A DNA stretch of 24,630 nt from Calditrichaceae bacterium (GTDB taxonomy: Bacteria > Calditrichota > Calditrichia > Calditrichales > JBFXGD01): positions 1 through 24,630 of the forward strand of contig JBFXGD010000038.1 in the NCBI GenBank assembly GCA_050178385.1. Reading direction: 5' to 3'. Below are positions 7,178-16,215 of this stretch, one piece after another; positions within the stretch are counted from its first letter, which is position 1; the number at the start of each line of letters is the position of its first letter. The notes under the pieces are model-generated. The model was given only the letters and a program-made list of their open reading frames with translations. It did not search any database and was not told the origin of the DNA. The position numbers were made by a program, and so were the translations under genes.

Positions 7178-9979
7178 TTAATTCAGTTTTAGATCCAGTT
7201 TCAAGTTTTCCGAAGCGACTTCAAACTGTCGTAAAAATTCATCATCTTCAATCGGACCAGCCACAACAATGACACTTTTATCAGGATGAAAATACTCCTT
7301 CGAAATTCGTAAAATATCTTCTTTTGTTATTGCATTTATGATATCAAAATAATTATCCAGTTCACCCGGAGCCTTATTGTACCTGATTTGTTGGAATATT
7401 TCTTTCTGCAGATCCTGAGGCGTTTCGATGATCATAGGCATAATGCTTAAAAGATATTTTTTAACATCGGTAAGTTCCTCATCCGATATTGGTTCATCCT
7501 GCATTCTTTTCATTTCCAGTAAAGCGGAAGCCACAAGCTGACCACCGTTTTCAGGAGCCGTTTTTGATTCAATAAACCAGGCCCCTCCATGCTTTCTGGA
7601 TTTGATTCTGCTGTTTACCCCGTATGCAAGACCCTGTTTATCACGTATATTTTTACCCAGACGGCTCGTTAGCGAACTGCCACCGAGGATATGATTTGCC
7701 AGATCGCAAATTTCATAGTCAGCAGCTCCTTTTTCCAAAGTCCCATGTCCTATTCGTATGGTTAACTGTGTATTTTCAGGTTTATTGATGACTATAAGTT
7801 TTGTCTGTCCTATTGGTTTTTGATGAGGATAATCTTCAATCACCGCTCCTTGTTTTGCAAAATACCCGAATTTTCTGTTTAATAGCTCCCACATTTGTTC
7901 ATTTTTAAAATCACCGACAACTACGATAAATGTGCTATCCATGTGGACATATTTCTGGTAATACTCTAGAACATCATCACGGGTTATATTTCCGATAGCT
8001 TCCGCGTTCATGGATGCAAATCTGCTGTATGGATGCCCGTCATAAATCTGTTTGTATAGTTCTTTACTGGCAATCCATCCGGCCTGTTTTTCCACCTGAA
8101 GCAGTTTATTTGTAGTAAGTTTTTTGATTAATTCGAGCTGGTCGGCAGGGAAACTTGGTTCAAACAACTTTTCCTTCATGATATCCAGCGCTTCTTCAAA
8201 TTTGTCGGTCAAGCCGTTCGCTGAGAAGATAATTGATTCGTCCCCGCCGCCGACCATGGCACTCGCCGCCAGGAAATGCAGACGGTCCTGTATTTCCTGA
8301 TATGTTTTTGTTTTTGTCCCGCGGTTCATAACCGACAAAGTTATAGATCCCAGATCCGGCTTGACATCATTAAGCGTGGTGTTACCGATGTATGTTTCAC
8401 CCATAAGACTTATATAAGGAGCGAGATGATCTTCCATTAGAAATACTCTAATACCATTATCAAGCCGCCCTTCTTTGATCCTTTTGCCAACTGGATTAGG
8501 ACGAATAATATCATCGATTGCAAATGAATCATCTTCTCTTTCCGATGTTACCGAAACATCACTATCCCCGTTCTCATCATTCCCATTCTCATCTTCATCA
8601 TCATCACCATATTCATCCGATTCCAGCCGCGATGATTTTTCAGGTTTAGTCGTGGCAGCAATAGTGATCACGTTTGAATCAGGTATGATCACCCCTATCG
8701 TTGCTGTATTTAGATCGAAATACTTTTGAAAAGTATCTCTGATTTTTTCCTGAGTCATGTTTTTAATTTCATCCATGTAGCGGTCATATTCCCGGTAATC
8801 TCCAGCATAAAACTCATAATTGCCAATGCGGTTGGCTACTTCTGACACTTTGAGTTTATTCAGGAATTCACTGGCGCGATAACGGTTTTTTTCCTTTTCA
8901 AGTTCATACTCGCTTACCAGCTCATTTTTTAACCTGTCGATTTCTTCCATGAAAATTTTCAAATTTTCATCTTTGTCAGAACCGGGTAAAACATCAAATT
9001 TTAACGTAATCGGTTTTGCTTCCAGGCCACCGCTTAAACCTATCCTGATATAACTTGCCTTTCTGGACAAAACCAATCTCTTGTATAACCGGTCGTTCGA
9101 ACTGCTTAAAAGAATACTGCGTCCCAGAGTGAGCGCCGCCCTGTCAGGATGTGTTAAATCTATCCCCGGTAGATAAACCAATACACCGGGGTTTTTAACC
9201 TCGGACCGACGCAAAGAAACTTCCTTCTCCGCGATGACCTGCGGTTCTTCAATGCTCAGTTTAGGGATCTCAGGTCCTTTTGGTATATCATTATAGTAAT
9301 ATTTGACTTTTTTTATCATTTCTTCTGTTTCAAAATCACCCACAAGAACCAGAATCGCATTATTTGGAGTATAGTAGGTTTGATAATATTGAAACGCCTG
9401 TTCTCTGGTTAAATTATCCAGATCGTTCATCCAGCCGATAACAGGCCAGCGGTAGGGATGACTTTTAAAGAAGGCAGCGTTCATTTCTTCACCGAGCAAT
9501 GCATCCGCGTTATCCTGCGTACGCATGCGCCGTTCTTCTTTAATAACTTCCAACTCACTGAGGAATTCGTCCGGATCAAAGATGCTGTTCATCATTCGAT
9601 CAGATTCTATTTCCAAAGCGATATCAATCCTGTTTTTAGGCATCTGCTCAAAGTACATAGTCATATCGGTTGATGTGAACGCGTTAAAAACGCCTCCGTT
9701 ACGTTTTATAACTTTTGCCACTTCTCCCTTTTGGAATTTACCGGTTCCTTTGAACATCATATGCTCGCAAACATGCGAAATACCGGTAATGCCCACATTC
9801 TCATTACGTGATCCGACCCGGTAATATAAATTGCTGATGATAATCGGCGTGGTATGCATCTCATACAGATATACCTGCAAGCCGTTATCTAAAGTAAATT
9901 CCTTTACATCCAATGGCTCCGAAGCGAAAAGCGAACCGGCCAGAAAAGTAATCAGAAGGATAAAATTATATTTTCTCAT
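7178..9979 (-). CDS. M16-family (pitrilysin/PqqL/FusC-like) zinc metallopeptidase with fused halves, exported
   Basis: 933 aa with a Sec signal peptide (…GSLFA-). It has the inverted zinc motif HVCEH (9761-9775), NAFTS and EVIKEER. The second half starts LDNGIRV, lacks HxxEH and carries the R/Y pair IRDKQGLAYG. Confidence 0.93.
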   Translation of the reverse strand: MRKYNFILLITFLAGSLFASEPLDVKEFTLDNGLQVYLYEMHTTPIIISNLYYRVGSRNENVGITGISHVCEHMMFKGTGKFQKGEVAKVIKRNGGVFNAFTSTDMTMYFEQMPKNRIDIALEIESDRMMNSIFDPDEFLSELEVIKEERRMRTQDNADALLGEEMNAAFFKSHPYRWPVIGWMNDLDNLTREQAFQYYQTYYTPNNAILVLVGDFETEEMIKKVKYYYNDIPKGPEIPKLSIEEPQVIAEKEVSLRRSEVKNPGVLVYLPGIDLTHPDRAALTLGRSILLSSSNDRLYKRLVLSRKASYIRIGLSGGLEAKPITLKFDVLPGSDKDENLKIFMEEIDRLKNELVSEYELEKEKNRYRASEFLNKLKVSEVANRIGNYEFYAGDYREYDRYMDEIKNMTQEKIRDTFQKYFDLNTATIGVIIPDSNVITIAATTKPEKSSRLESDEYGDDDEDENGNDENGDSDVSVTSEREDDSFAIDDIIRPNPVGKRIKEGRLDNGIRVFLMEDHLAPYISLMGETYIGNTTLNDVKPDLGSITLSVMNRGTKTKTYQEIQDRLHFLAASAMVGGGDESIIFSANGLTDKFEEALDIMKEKLFEPSFPADQLELIKKLTTNKLLQVEKQAGWIASKELYKQIYDGHPYSRFASMNAEAIGNITRDDVLEYYQKYVHMDSTFIVVVGDFKNEQMWELLNRKFGYFAKQGAVIEDYPHQKPIGQTKLIVINKPENTQLTIRIGHGTLEKGAADYEICDLANHILGGSSLTSRLGKNIRDKQGLAYGVNSRIKSRKHGGAWFIESKTAPENGGQLVASALLEMKRMQDEPISDEELTDVKKYLLSIMPMIIETPQDLQKEIFQQIRYNKAPGELDNYFDIINAITKEDILRISKEYFHPDKSVIVVAGPIEDDEFLRQFEVASENLKLDLKLN

Positions 9980-10031
9980 CTTTAACTAATTTCCCAATTT
10001 ATGACTTGAATGATATTGTAAATTTAGTTCT

Positions 10032-12263
10032 TTAAGGCGTCACCGGATTGTTTGCCCCCTCGGTAATCCTGTTTTTGGTCCTTAGCGCCATTATCTTTAA
10101 TTCTTCCTGCGCTTCCGCGTCTGATATGATTTTCCCGCAAAAATTGACGATATTTTGACGATCCTGACTGTAACCAAACCATCCCAGTGCCTCAAGAAGA
10201 GTCACCCGCAGCTCAATCGGCGACCTAGGGTCTTTAATAACATCGATCATTTCCGGAATTGCCTGATGAAATCTGTAATTTCTGAACGTACGCGCGGCGG
10301 TTAGCCGTTTTTTTAACTTGAGTTCGTCGTCTTTAATCTCGGTAATCAGCTCTTCATTTAACCTCTTGACCGTATATTTTAACGAGTTGCTCACTAATTG
10401 AAAAGAAGCTTCACTGGATTCCGTTTGCGGCATTGATTTTGCGATCGACTCCCAAACAGTGATCGCTTCCTCGGGATTAATTTTCTCAATCGCCGATTTG
10501 GCATTAAATCGAACCCTTTTTGACGGGTCCGTGATAAGTTTTTCTAATAATACGGGTAAGTAAGATGATCTGCCTATATCTCCCATCCATGTGACGCTGA
10601 CACGGCGGATAAATTCAGCCGGATCATTGACAGATTTGAACATAATTTCTTCAAATTTATCCGTTCTGAGCACGGCAAGACATTTTAGCGCTTCCATACG
10701 AACATTGAAAGAAGGATCGGTATTATATATCTCGATTAAATCCTGCTCAAATGAAGCGCCCTCCAGCTTGAATAACTTAGCAACAGCCAGATTTCTAAGC
10801 GGTATCTGATCGCTCTTTCTTAACTTATTCCAAAATTTTATATTATTTTCGTTTTCAACCAGTAAGCGATTCAGTTTCTTGTCTGATACATCGCTAAAAT
10901 GAAAGGTGGGATCTCCAATGATATGAGATTCGAGATAATTTTTTGTTTTTTGCCAGTAACCCAATCTAACACCCTGAGACAATAAACCGATTAACTCATC
11001 AGCCCATAAATCCTGAAGTACATTTACCGAGTTTGCCACTCCCGCGACAGTCTTTCCATTTCCAAAAACGTACTTTCCTGATATATATCCCGAATTTATA
11101 AAAGCTCCGTTAAAACATTCGTCAAAAACAATCAGTTTTGCGCCCGGATTTATTTTTTCGATGTCTGTGCTATAGATATCCATTCTCGCGCTCATCACCG
11201 AATCCGCAAGAATGACTGAATCAACAAACACTCCCTCGAACCAGGGAAGAGGTATGCCGTACTTTTCACGGTAATACTCCTGTGCTTCTTCTACAGACTG
11301 TCCTCTGTTTTTCGCCTGCCGTAATTTACTGCGCAGAAATAGTTTGATCGCTTCAACATTCTGATTTATTGATTCTGATGGCTCAAGCCCCAGTAAATAT
11401 TGAGTATCATCCGCTCCATGGGCATGAAAAATGGCCAGATCCAGGTCAGGATTCTGCATTTCCCTGAGAATCACGTCTTTAAGGCCTCGGCTCATGCTAT
11501 GGAAATAATATTTTAGATTGTTTCCCGGCGTAAAAAGATCCGGAAATTGTTCTCTTAGACTGAGAAGATTTGATGACCATGAATCCAGAGATTCAGAATG
11601 ATACCCGTGACCAGCAAAGACCATTGCCTGATCGATTATATCATTCTCTTTTTTTTGATCAGCAACTCTGTTCAGGTATCTCGCTATTATTTCAAATTTA
11701 GTATCATCGTTGACAGGCGCTTTGATACGGCCGCTGTAAATATCTGAATCAACCCTTTGCGGCGAATCGGGTTTTAGTGAATAGTAGTGTAATAACTTGT
11801 TTGAACTATCCTGGCCGATATATTCAAATTTTAAATCAAAATCATCATAAAACCGATCAGACGGAACCGATGTTTTGAGCATTGAATATCTGGCATTTTG
11901 CTGATCAATTTTAAACGCGGATGTCATGTGCTGAGCATCGCGGATCATCGCAACCGGAATTTCTCCAATTAGTACCACTCCCTCCAATTTTGGACTCTTT
12001 GCATATAATTTCAGTATTTCTTCACGAACCTGATCAGGTGTTTCCCAATTATCCGCAACGATATAGGCAGCCAGACCGTCTGACTCAACAGCATCTCTGT
12101 ATTTTATCACTGCTGCTTCTGCTTTCTGAAATGTCTCAGTATCGATGACGATCGCAAAAGCGGTACTGCCCTTTTTTGAGGGAGGAAATATACTCGTTTC
12201 CGCGTTTGCCTGTGCCAGAAAAAATGGAAACAGGATAACAATAGTTAACCATTGTTTGATCAT
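10032..12263 (-). CDS. Exported peptidase C25 (gingipain/clan CD)-like protein with C-terminal HEAT/PBS-lyase repeats
   Basis: The probable start is the ATG at 12263 (GGAG 6-7 nt upstream; signal peptide MIKQWLTIVILFPFFLAQANA) rather than 12353. C25-like motifs: GVVLIGEIPV, SDRFYDD, IYSGRI, AIFHAHG, FDECFNG, HIIGDPT. HEAT-like repeats: DPSFNVRMEALKCL, DPAEFIRRVSV, DPSKRVRFNA, LRVTLLEALG. Confidence 0.75.
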   Translation of the reverse strand: MIKQWLTIVILFPFFLAQANAETSIFPPSKKGSTAFAIVIDTETFQKAEAAVIKYRDAVESDGLAAYIVADNWETPDQVREEILKLYAKSPKLEGVVLIGEIPVAMIRDAQHMTSAFKIDQQNARYSMLKTSVPSDRFYDDFDLKFEYIGQDSSNKLLHYYSLKPDSPQRVDSDIYSGRIKAPVNDDTKFEIIARYLNRVADQKKENDIIDQAMVFAGHGYHSESLDSWSSNLLSLREQFPDLFTPGNNLKYYFHSMSRGLKDVILREMQNPDLDLAIFHAHGADDTQYLLGLEPSESINQNVEAIKLFLRSKLRQAKNRGQSVEEAQEYYREKYGIPLPWFEGVFVDSVILADSVMSARMDIYSTDIEKINPGAKLIVFDECFNGAFINSGYISGKYVFGNGKTVAGVANSVNVLQDLWADELIGLLSQGVRLGYWQKTKNYLESHIIGDPTFHFSDVSDKKLNRLLVENENNIKFWNKLRKSDQIPLRNLAVAKLFKLEGASFEQDLIEIYNTDPSFNVRMEALKCLAVLRTDKFEEIMFKSVNDPAEFIRRVSVTWMGDIGRSSYLPVLLEKLITDPSKRVRFNAKSAIEKINPEEAITVWESIAKSMPQTESSEASFQLVSNSLKYTVKRLNEELITEIKDDELKLKKRLTAARTFRNYRFHQAIPEMIDVIKDPRSPIELRVTLLEALGWFGYSQDRQNIVNFCGKIISDAEAQEELKIMALRTKNRITEGANNPVTP

Positions 12264-12311
12264 TCTAAACTCCACTTCTGATAACGGTTGCATAATGAAA
12301 TTTTTGATTAT

Positions 12312-12346
12312 AAAAGTGGCGTCTCCGAGTTGACGACGCCACTTTT
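12312..12346. terminator. Intra-operon stem-loop (bidirectional terminator-like or mRNA-stabilising hairpin)
   Basis: Perfect 12-bp inverted repeat AAAAGTGGCGTC / GACGCCACTTTT with an 11-nt loop, ~35 nt downstream of the stop at 12382. Confidence 0.72.
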
Positions 12347-12381
12347 GAATCATTGCAGATTAAAAAATTACCGTCATTTTG

Positions 12382-14574
12382 TTATTTAATCAGAATCATT
12401 TTTCTTGTCTGCGCCATAGAATTTACTTTGAGACTATAAACATAAACACCGCTGCTGACTCTGGCGCCCATTTCGTTTCTTCCGTCCCATGTGGATTTAT
12501 GGCTGCCCGCTCTCTGACTGCTGTTTACCAGCGTGCGAACTTTTCTTCCCTGTATATCATAAATAACCAGTTCGACTGATCCGGCCATATCGAGTTCATA
12601 CTTAATTGTCGTGGTCGGGTTAAACGGATTTGGATAATTCGGATAAAGTTTTACTGATACCGGCCTGATTGATTTCGGATCATCTATTGAAGTCACAATT
12701 TCAACCCCTATGATAATCCCGTCCTGCCCAACGATAAAACCGGTAGTTTCATTTACCCAGTCCATACCCTGGAGCGTGTTAGTCAAAAGATCGTCCGGTA
12801 CAGATATCTGTTCCCATGATTCACCCATATCCGCAGTCATATAAAATGCGCCGTCTTCACCGCAGATAAATCCGGTTGATTCGTTTACAAAACTAATCGC
12901 GTACAGATCGGGAACATCGTCAATCGCGTTCAGATTTTCCAACGTATCAGCTGCCACCCAGGAATCGCCCGCGTCGGTGGTCTTAAATATGAAGCCGTTT
13001 GAGGAAACGATAAATCCGGTAGTTTCATTTACAAATACAATATTCCGCATATTCATAGTACCAAAATCAATCACTTCCGCCCAGCCTGTATCGCCTTTGG
13101 TTGTCTTACATATTTTACCGCTGGAACCGACGGCAAAACCTGTAGAATCATTCAGATACATCCCGTCATAAATTGTAAAACTGGCTTCTGCGTATCCTTC
13201 AGTCCATGTTTCACCGCCATCGTGAGTAAACTGCAGTGCTCCGCTGCTCCCACCTGCAAAACCATTCAAGGCGTCCTTGAAAAAGACAAAATGGTAGTAT
13301 TTATTGGACACGCCGAACAGACTGTTATCTTTCAATTCCCAGGACGCTCCGCCATCGGTCGATTTTCCAATATATCCGTCTGCAGCAACAAAAAATCCGA
13401 CATTATCATCAACAAAAGTCACATCTTTCACGCTGCTTGCTTTTGTGGTGTTGATAGGATATGACCAGTTCTGTCCACCGTCAGAACTGCGTGTAACATC
13501 TCCGCCCTGATAGGTAACAGCGATAATATCATTGGCGTTAATTGCATCTATCGCATAATAAGATACGCTTGGCCATGTAAAAATCGGCGTGAAATTGAGG
13601 CCGCCGTCGGTTGTGCTGAATGCCTGGTTATAAGAAGCGAATGCATTAAAATTGTCAACATCGAACACATTAATGCTTTCAATGGTGGTTTTCGTTGGAA
13701 AACTCAGCGTATCCCAGCTGGCGCCTCCGTCCTGAGAATAACAGAACATACCGTTTGTCCCACCGGCCCATACATTATCAGCGTCAATAGCTTTACCACA
13801 GCGGAACTGTTCAAACCCGCCATTTAAAACACCAACATTTTCCCACGTTTTGGCATAATCAGACGTTTTATAAACCGCGCCTGAGTAACCGAAAGAATAT
13901 CCAACACCATCAGGTGATCCGCTGCAGTCATACTGTCTCGCGCTGGCGGCCAAAGGAGGAACAGGCAGCGGCTGTGAGACCCATTTCAGGCTATCGGCAT
14001 CATAATAATGCACCGCGCCGTCGGTTCCGCCGCTTACTGCAAACGCGCGTTCCGCGTCAAATGCGTAGATACCGTAAATATACTTGGGCGCGCCGTCCAC
14101 AACGAGTCCCCAGTTTGATCCACCGTCAGTGGTTTTTAATACTATTCCATATGAACTTCCGCCGCCGGCCGCATAAACGGTGTTCGCGTCAACAGCAGAA
14201 ATACTGTAAAGCGTCTCATTAGTCACCGCGGAAGTTTGTGAAATCCATACTTCTCCTCCGTCGGTGGTTTTCCAGATAATACCGTCATCGCCAACGAGCC
14301 ATCCCGTCATGTTGTCAATAAAATACGCGTCTCTGAAAGTAGTGTCCGCGCCGGCTACATAACTCTGCTCAATCCAGGTATTGCCGCCGTCATCCGTATA
14401 GAAAATACGCGCGTCTGTTCCAAACATCCAGCCTTCATTCTGGGAGACAAAAAAAGTACTGGTCATCCCAATCACTCTGGGATCATCCATTTCCGCAAGG
14501 ATATTTACCTCTGTCTGAGCATAGACCATCCCAAGGGAAAAGAATACCCATGCAAATAGTACAAAACGTTTCAT
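12382..14574 (-). CDS. Secreted YCF48/BNR (Asp-box) double beta-propeller protein with a T9SS type A / FlgD-Ig-like C-terminal sorting domain
   Basis: 730 aa with a signal peptide (…MVYA-Q). It has about 13 Asp-box repeats (e.g. KTTDGGEVW, KSTDGGASW, KTTDAGDSW) and the tail LYPNYPNPFNPTTTIKY…IYDIQGRKVRTL…WDGRNE…SSGVYVYSL…KMILIK. Strong AGGAGG RBS at 14581-14586. Confidence 0.88.
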   Translation of the reverse strand: MKRFVLFAWVFFSLGMVYAQTEVNILAEMDDPRVIGMTSTFFVSQNEGWMFGTDARIFYTDDGGNTWIEQSYVAGADTTFRDAYFIDNMTGWLVGDDGIIWKTTDGGEVWISQTSAVTNETLYSISAVDANTVYAAGGGSSYGIVLKTTDGGSNWGLVVDGAPKYIYGIYAFDAERAFAVSGGTDGAVHYYDADSLKWVSQPLPVPPLAASARQYDCSGSPDGVGYSFGYSGAVYKTSDYAKTWENVGVLNGGFEQFRCGKAIDADNVWAGGTNGMFCYSQDGGASWDTLSFPTKTTIESINVFDVDNFNAFASYNQAFSTTDGGLNFTPIFTWPSVSYYAIDAINANDIIAVTYQGGDVTRSSDGGQNWSYPINTTKASSVKDVTFVDDNVGFFVAADGYIGKSTDGGASWELKDNSLFGVSNKYYHFVFFKDALNGFAGGSSGALQFTHDGGETWTEGYAEASFTIYDGMYLNDSTGFAVGSSGKICKTTKGDTGWAEVIDFGTMNMRNIVFVNETTGFIVSSNGFIFKTTDAGDSWVAADTLENLNAIDDVPDLYAISFVNESTGFICGEDGAFYMTADMGESWEQISVPDDLLTNTLQGMDWVNETTGFIVGQDGIIIGVEIVTSIDDPKSIRPVSVKLYPNYPNPFNPTTTIKYELDMAGSVELVIYDIQGRKVRTLVNSSQRAGSHKSTWDGRNEMGARVSSGVYVYSLKVNSMAQTRKMILIK

Positions 14575-14607
14575 GCATTACCTCCTGTGAATTGTGACAC
14601 GATTTGT

Positions 14608-14628
14608 GAAGCAAGATTCTCCTGCTTC
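14608..14628. promoter_or_regulatory. Short stem-loop in the 5' leader of the propeller gene
   Basis: Minus strand GAAGCAGGA-GAA-TCTTGCTTC (9-bp stem with one G-U). The T-run (14630-14635) follows it only on the plus strand. Confidence 0.45.
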
Positions 14629-14683
14629 GTTTTTTGTATCTGCTGCATCAAATACCGTTCTTCATTCCGTTCATTCTGTATTC

Positions 14684-16207
14684 CTAAAAAACATATAATT
14701 TTAATCTTAACGACATTGCCCAAAAATCTCTGTGCGTTCCCGAACTAAAATGATCATCCGCCAAATGCGTATAATATTGTGAAACGGCTTCTACATCGAG
14801 TAAAGGCAGATAATGAAATATGATCCGCGCCCCGGATATTATTTCCATATTTCCGGAAACATAATATTCCAGTTTTTGTCTGTACAGAACGTCAAAATAG
14901 TCTGTATATGCCTGATTGCTGTCATCCAGATTTTTAGCGTCATAAATACTCACACCACCCCATAAACCTAATTCCCACCGGTTATTTATCTGATAATCCG
15001 CGCCGGAACGGAACCCGTATGTATATATCTGATACCGCCAGTAATTTTCTGTCATCAGATCTTCTCTGGTATCCCAGAAATGACTGTAGATTAAATCAAA
15101 ATACAATGACAACCGGTTGACAATATTAAGCTTCACACCAGTCTGCAGGTTTTGAGTGGCTGATGGTTCCTTTAATACAGTCATCCCGAAATCGGGGTGG
15201 TAGGATGTCAAATTGCTATAATAAAATTTGTAATTAAGATAACTATCCCATAGTGAGCATCTGTACAACAGCCGCATTTCTGTAGATAGAGACTCCACGT
15301 CGAACTCACCCTGCAGCACCCGCTGTGTACCGCCGTCGAACACTTCACTGTGATTAGTCGAATAGTTAGCCGAGATCAATATGTTTATCTTGTCGAAAAC
15401 TGAATTCAGCTGAAGACCAAACCGGTGTGTCCGGAAGTTCACTTCTCTCTCTTCCGAGGTTTTTCCGCGCATGATCACAGGCAAATCTGAATATCTGAAT
15501 TTGTATATGGTCGGCGTAAGCTGTTGATCGAGATTGTATCGCGAGAGCTCCACTTTTTCCTGAGCGTTGTCATAGTGGTATGTAAATCCTAATTTCCAGT
15601 TCTTTTCCGAGTACTGAACACCAGATTTTATGCGAATATCCCTGTGTTTATTAAGCGGTTTTGGAAACACCTGTTTCAATCGTTCGTCCACGTTGTAAAA
15701 AAAGCCAACGCCTGTGAGCCAATTTTCAGAATAGCGATGCGCCCATTCAGCCGACCAGAAAAGACCATTCAGTTTGAAATCACCCTTGCTGCTGTCCCCT
15801 AAAATAAACGGATTTACTTCAAGCCAGCGACTCTGATCCGCCCATAGCACATCAGAATCGATCCTGGAATTATAGCCAAAATATCCCTTAAACAAATCAT
15901 TTTCACTTAGCGGATAAACGGTTAACACCGTGTAATTTTGATCATTGATTCTCTCAGGACTAAATGGCAAATGATATCCACCCGAATAGAGCTGTGTGTT
16001 CTGCCCCATCATAAGCATTTTTGATTTTGCGTCTTCATAGAGAGCGGCGGGATTATCGGCAAAATCATAAAAATTTGACTGATGATGTATCGAATCCATC
16101 AACTGAGGCTGATAATTCCAGACGGTTTCCGGATCAGCGTCAGGAATTTGTCCGGATAGAACCCCGCTTGTTATTATGAAAATGATTATAAATCCTCTGA
16201 TACGCAT
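14684..16207 (-). CDS. DUF6850-like outer-membrane beta-barrel protein (copy 2)
   Basis: Signal peptide, then DNPAAL and NPFILGDSSKGDF, amphipathic aromatic-rich strands, and C-terminal beta-signal LRLKLYVF. The ATG at 16207 is preferred (GGAG at 16213-16216). Paralogous to 20184-21653. Confidence 0.75.
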   Translation of the reverse strand: MRIRGFIIIFIITSGVLSGQIPDADPETVWNYQPQLMDSIHHQSNFYDFADNPAALYEDAKSKMLMMGQNTQLYSGGYHLPFSPERINDQNYTVLTVYPLSENDLFKGYFGYNSRIDSDVLWADQSRWLEVNPFILGDSSKGDFKLNGLFWSAEWAHRYSENWLTGVGFFYNVDERLKQVFPKPLNKHRDIRIKSGVQYSEKNWKLGFTYHYDNAQEKVELSRYNLDQQLTPTIYKFRYSDLPVIMRGKTSEEREVNFRTHRFGLQLNSVFDKINILISANYSTNHSEVFDGGTQRVLQGEFDVESLSTEMRLLYRCSLWDSYLNYKFYYSNLTSYHPDFGMTVLKEPSATQNLQTGVKLNIVNRLSLYFDLIYSHFWDTREDLMTENYWRYQIYTYGFRSGADYQINNRWELGLWGGVSIYDAKNLDDSNQAYTDYFDVLYRQKLEYYVSGNMEIISGARIIFHYLPLLDVEAVSQYYTHLADDHFSSGTHRDFWAMSLRLKLYVF

Positions 16208-16215
16208 CAAATCTC

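Noticed and set aside
12279..12297. Fur-box-like TGATAACGGTTGCATAATG upstream of the C25/HEAT gene
   Set aside because: Only one half-site resembles the 7-1-7 consensus, in an AT-rich context with no clear promoter. It is too weak to call without a PWM scan.
12264..12353. N-terminal 30-aa extension of the 773-aa ORF
   Set aside because: It runs through the intergenic hairpin. The RBS and signal peptide support the ATG at 12263.
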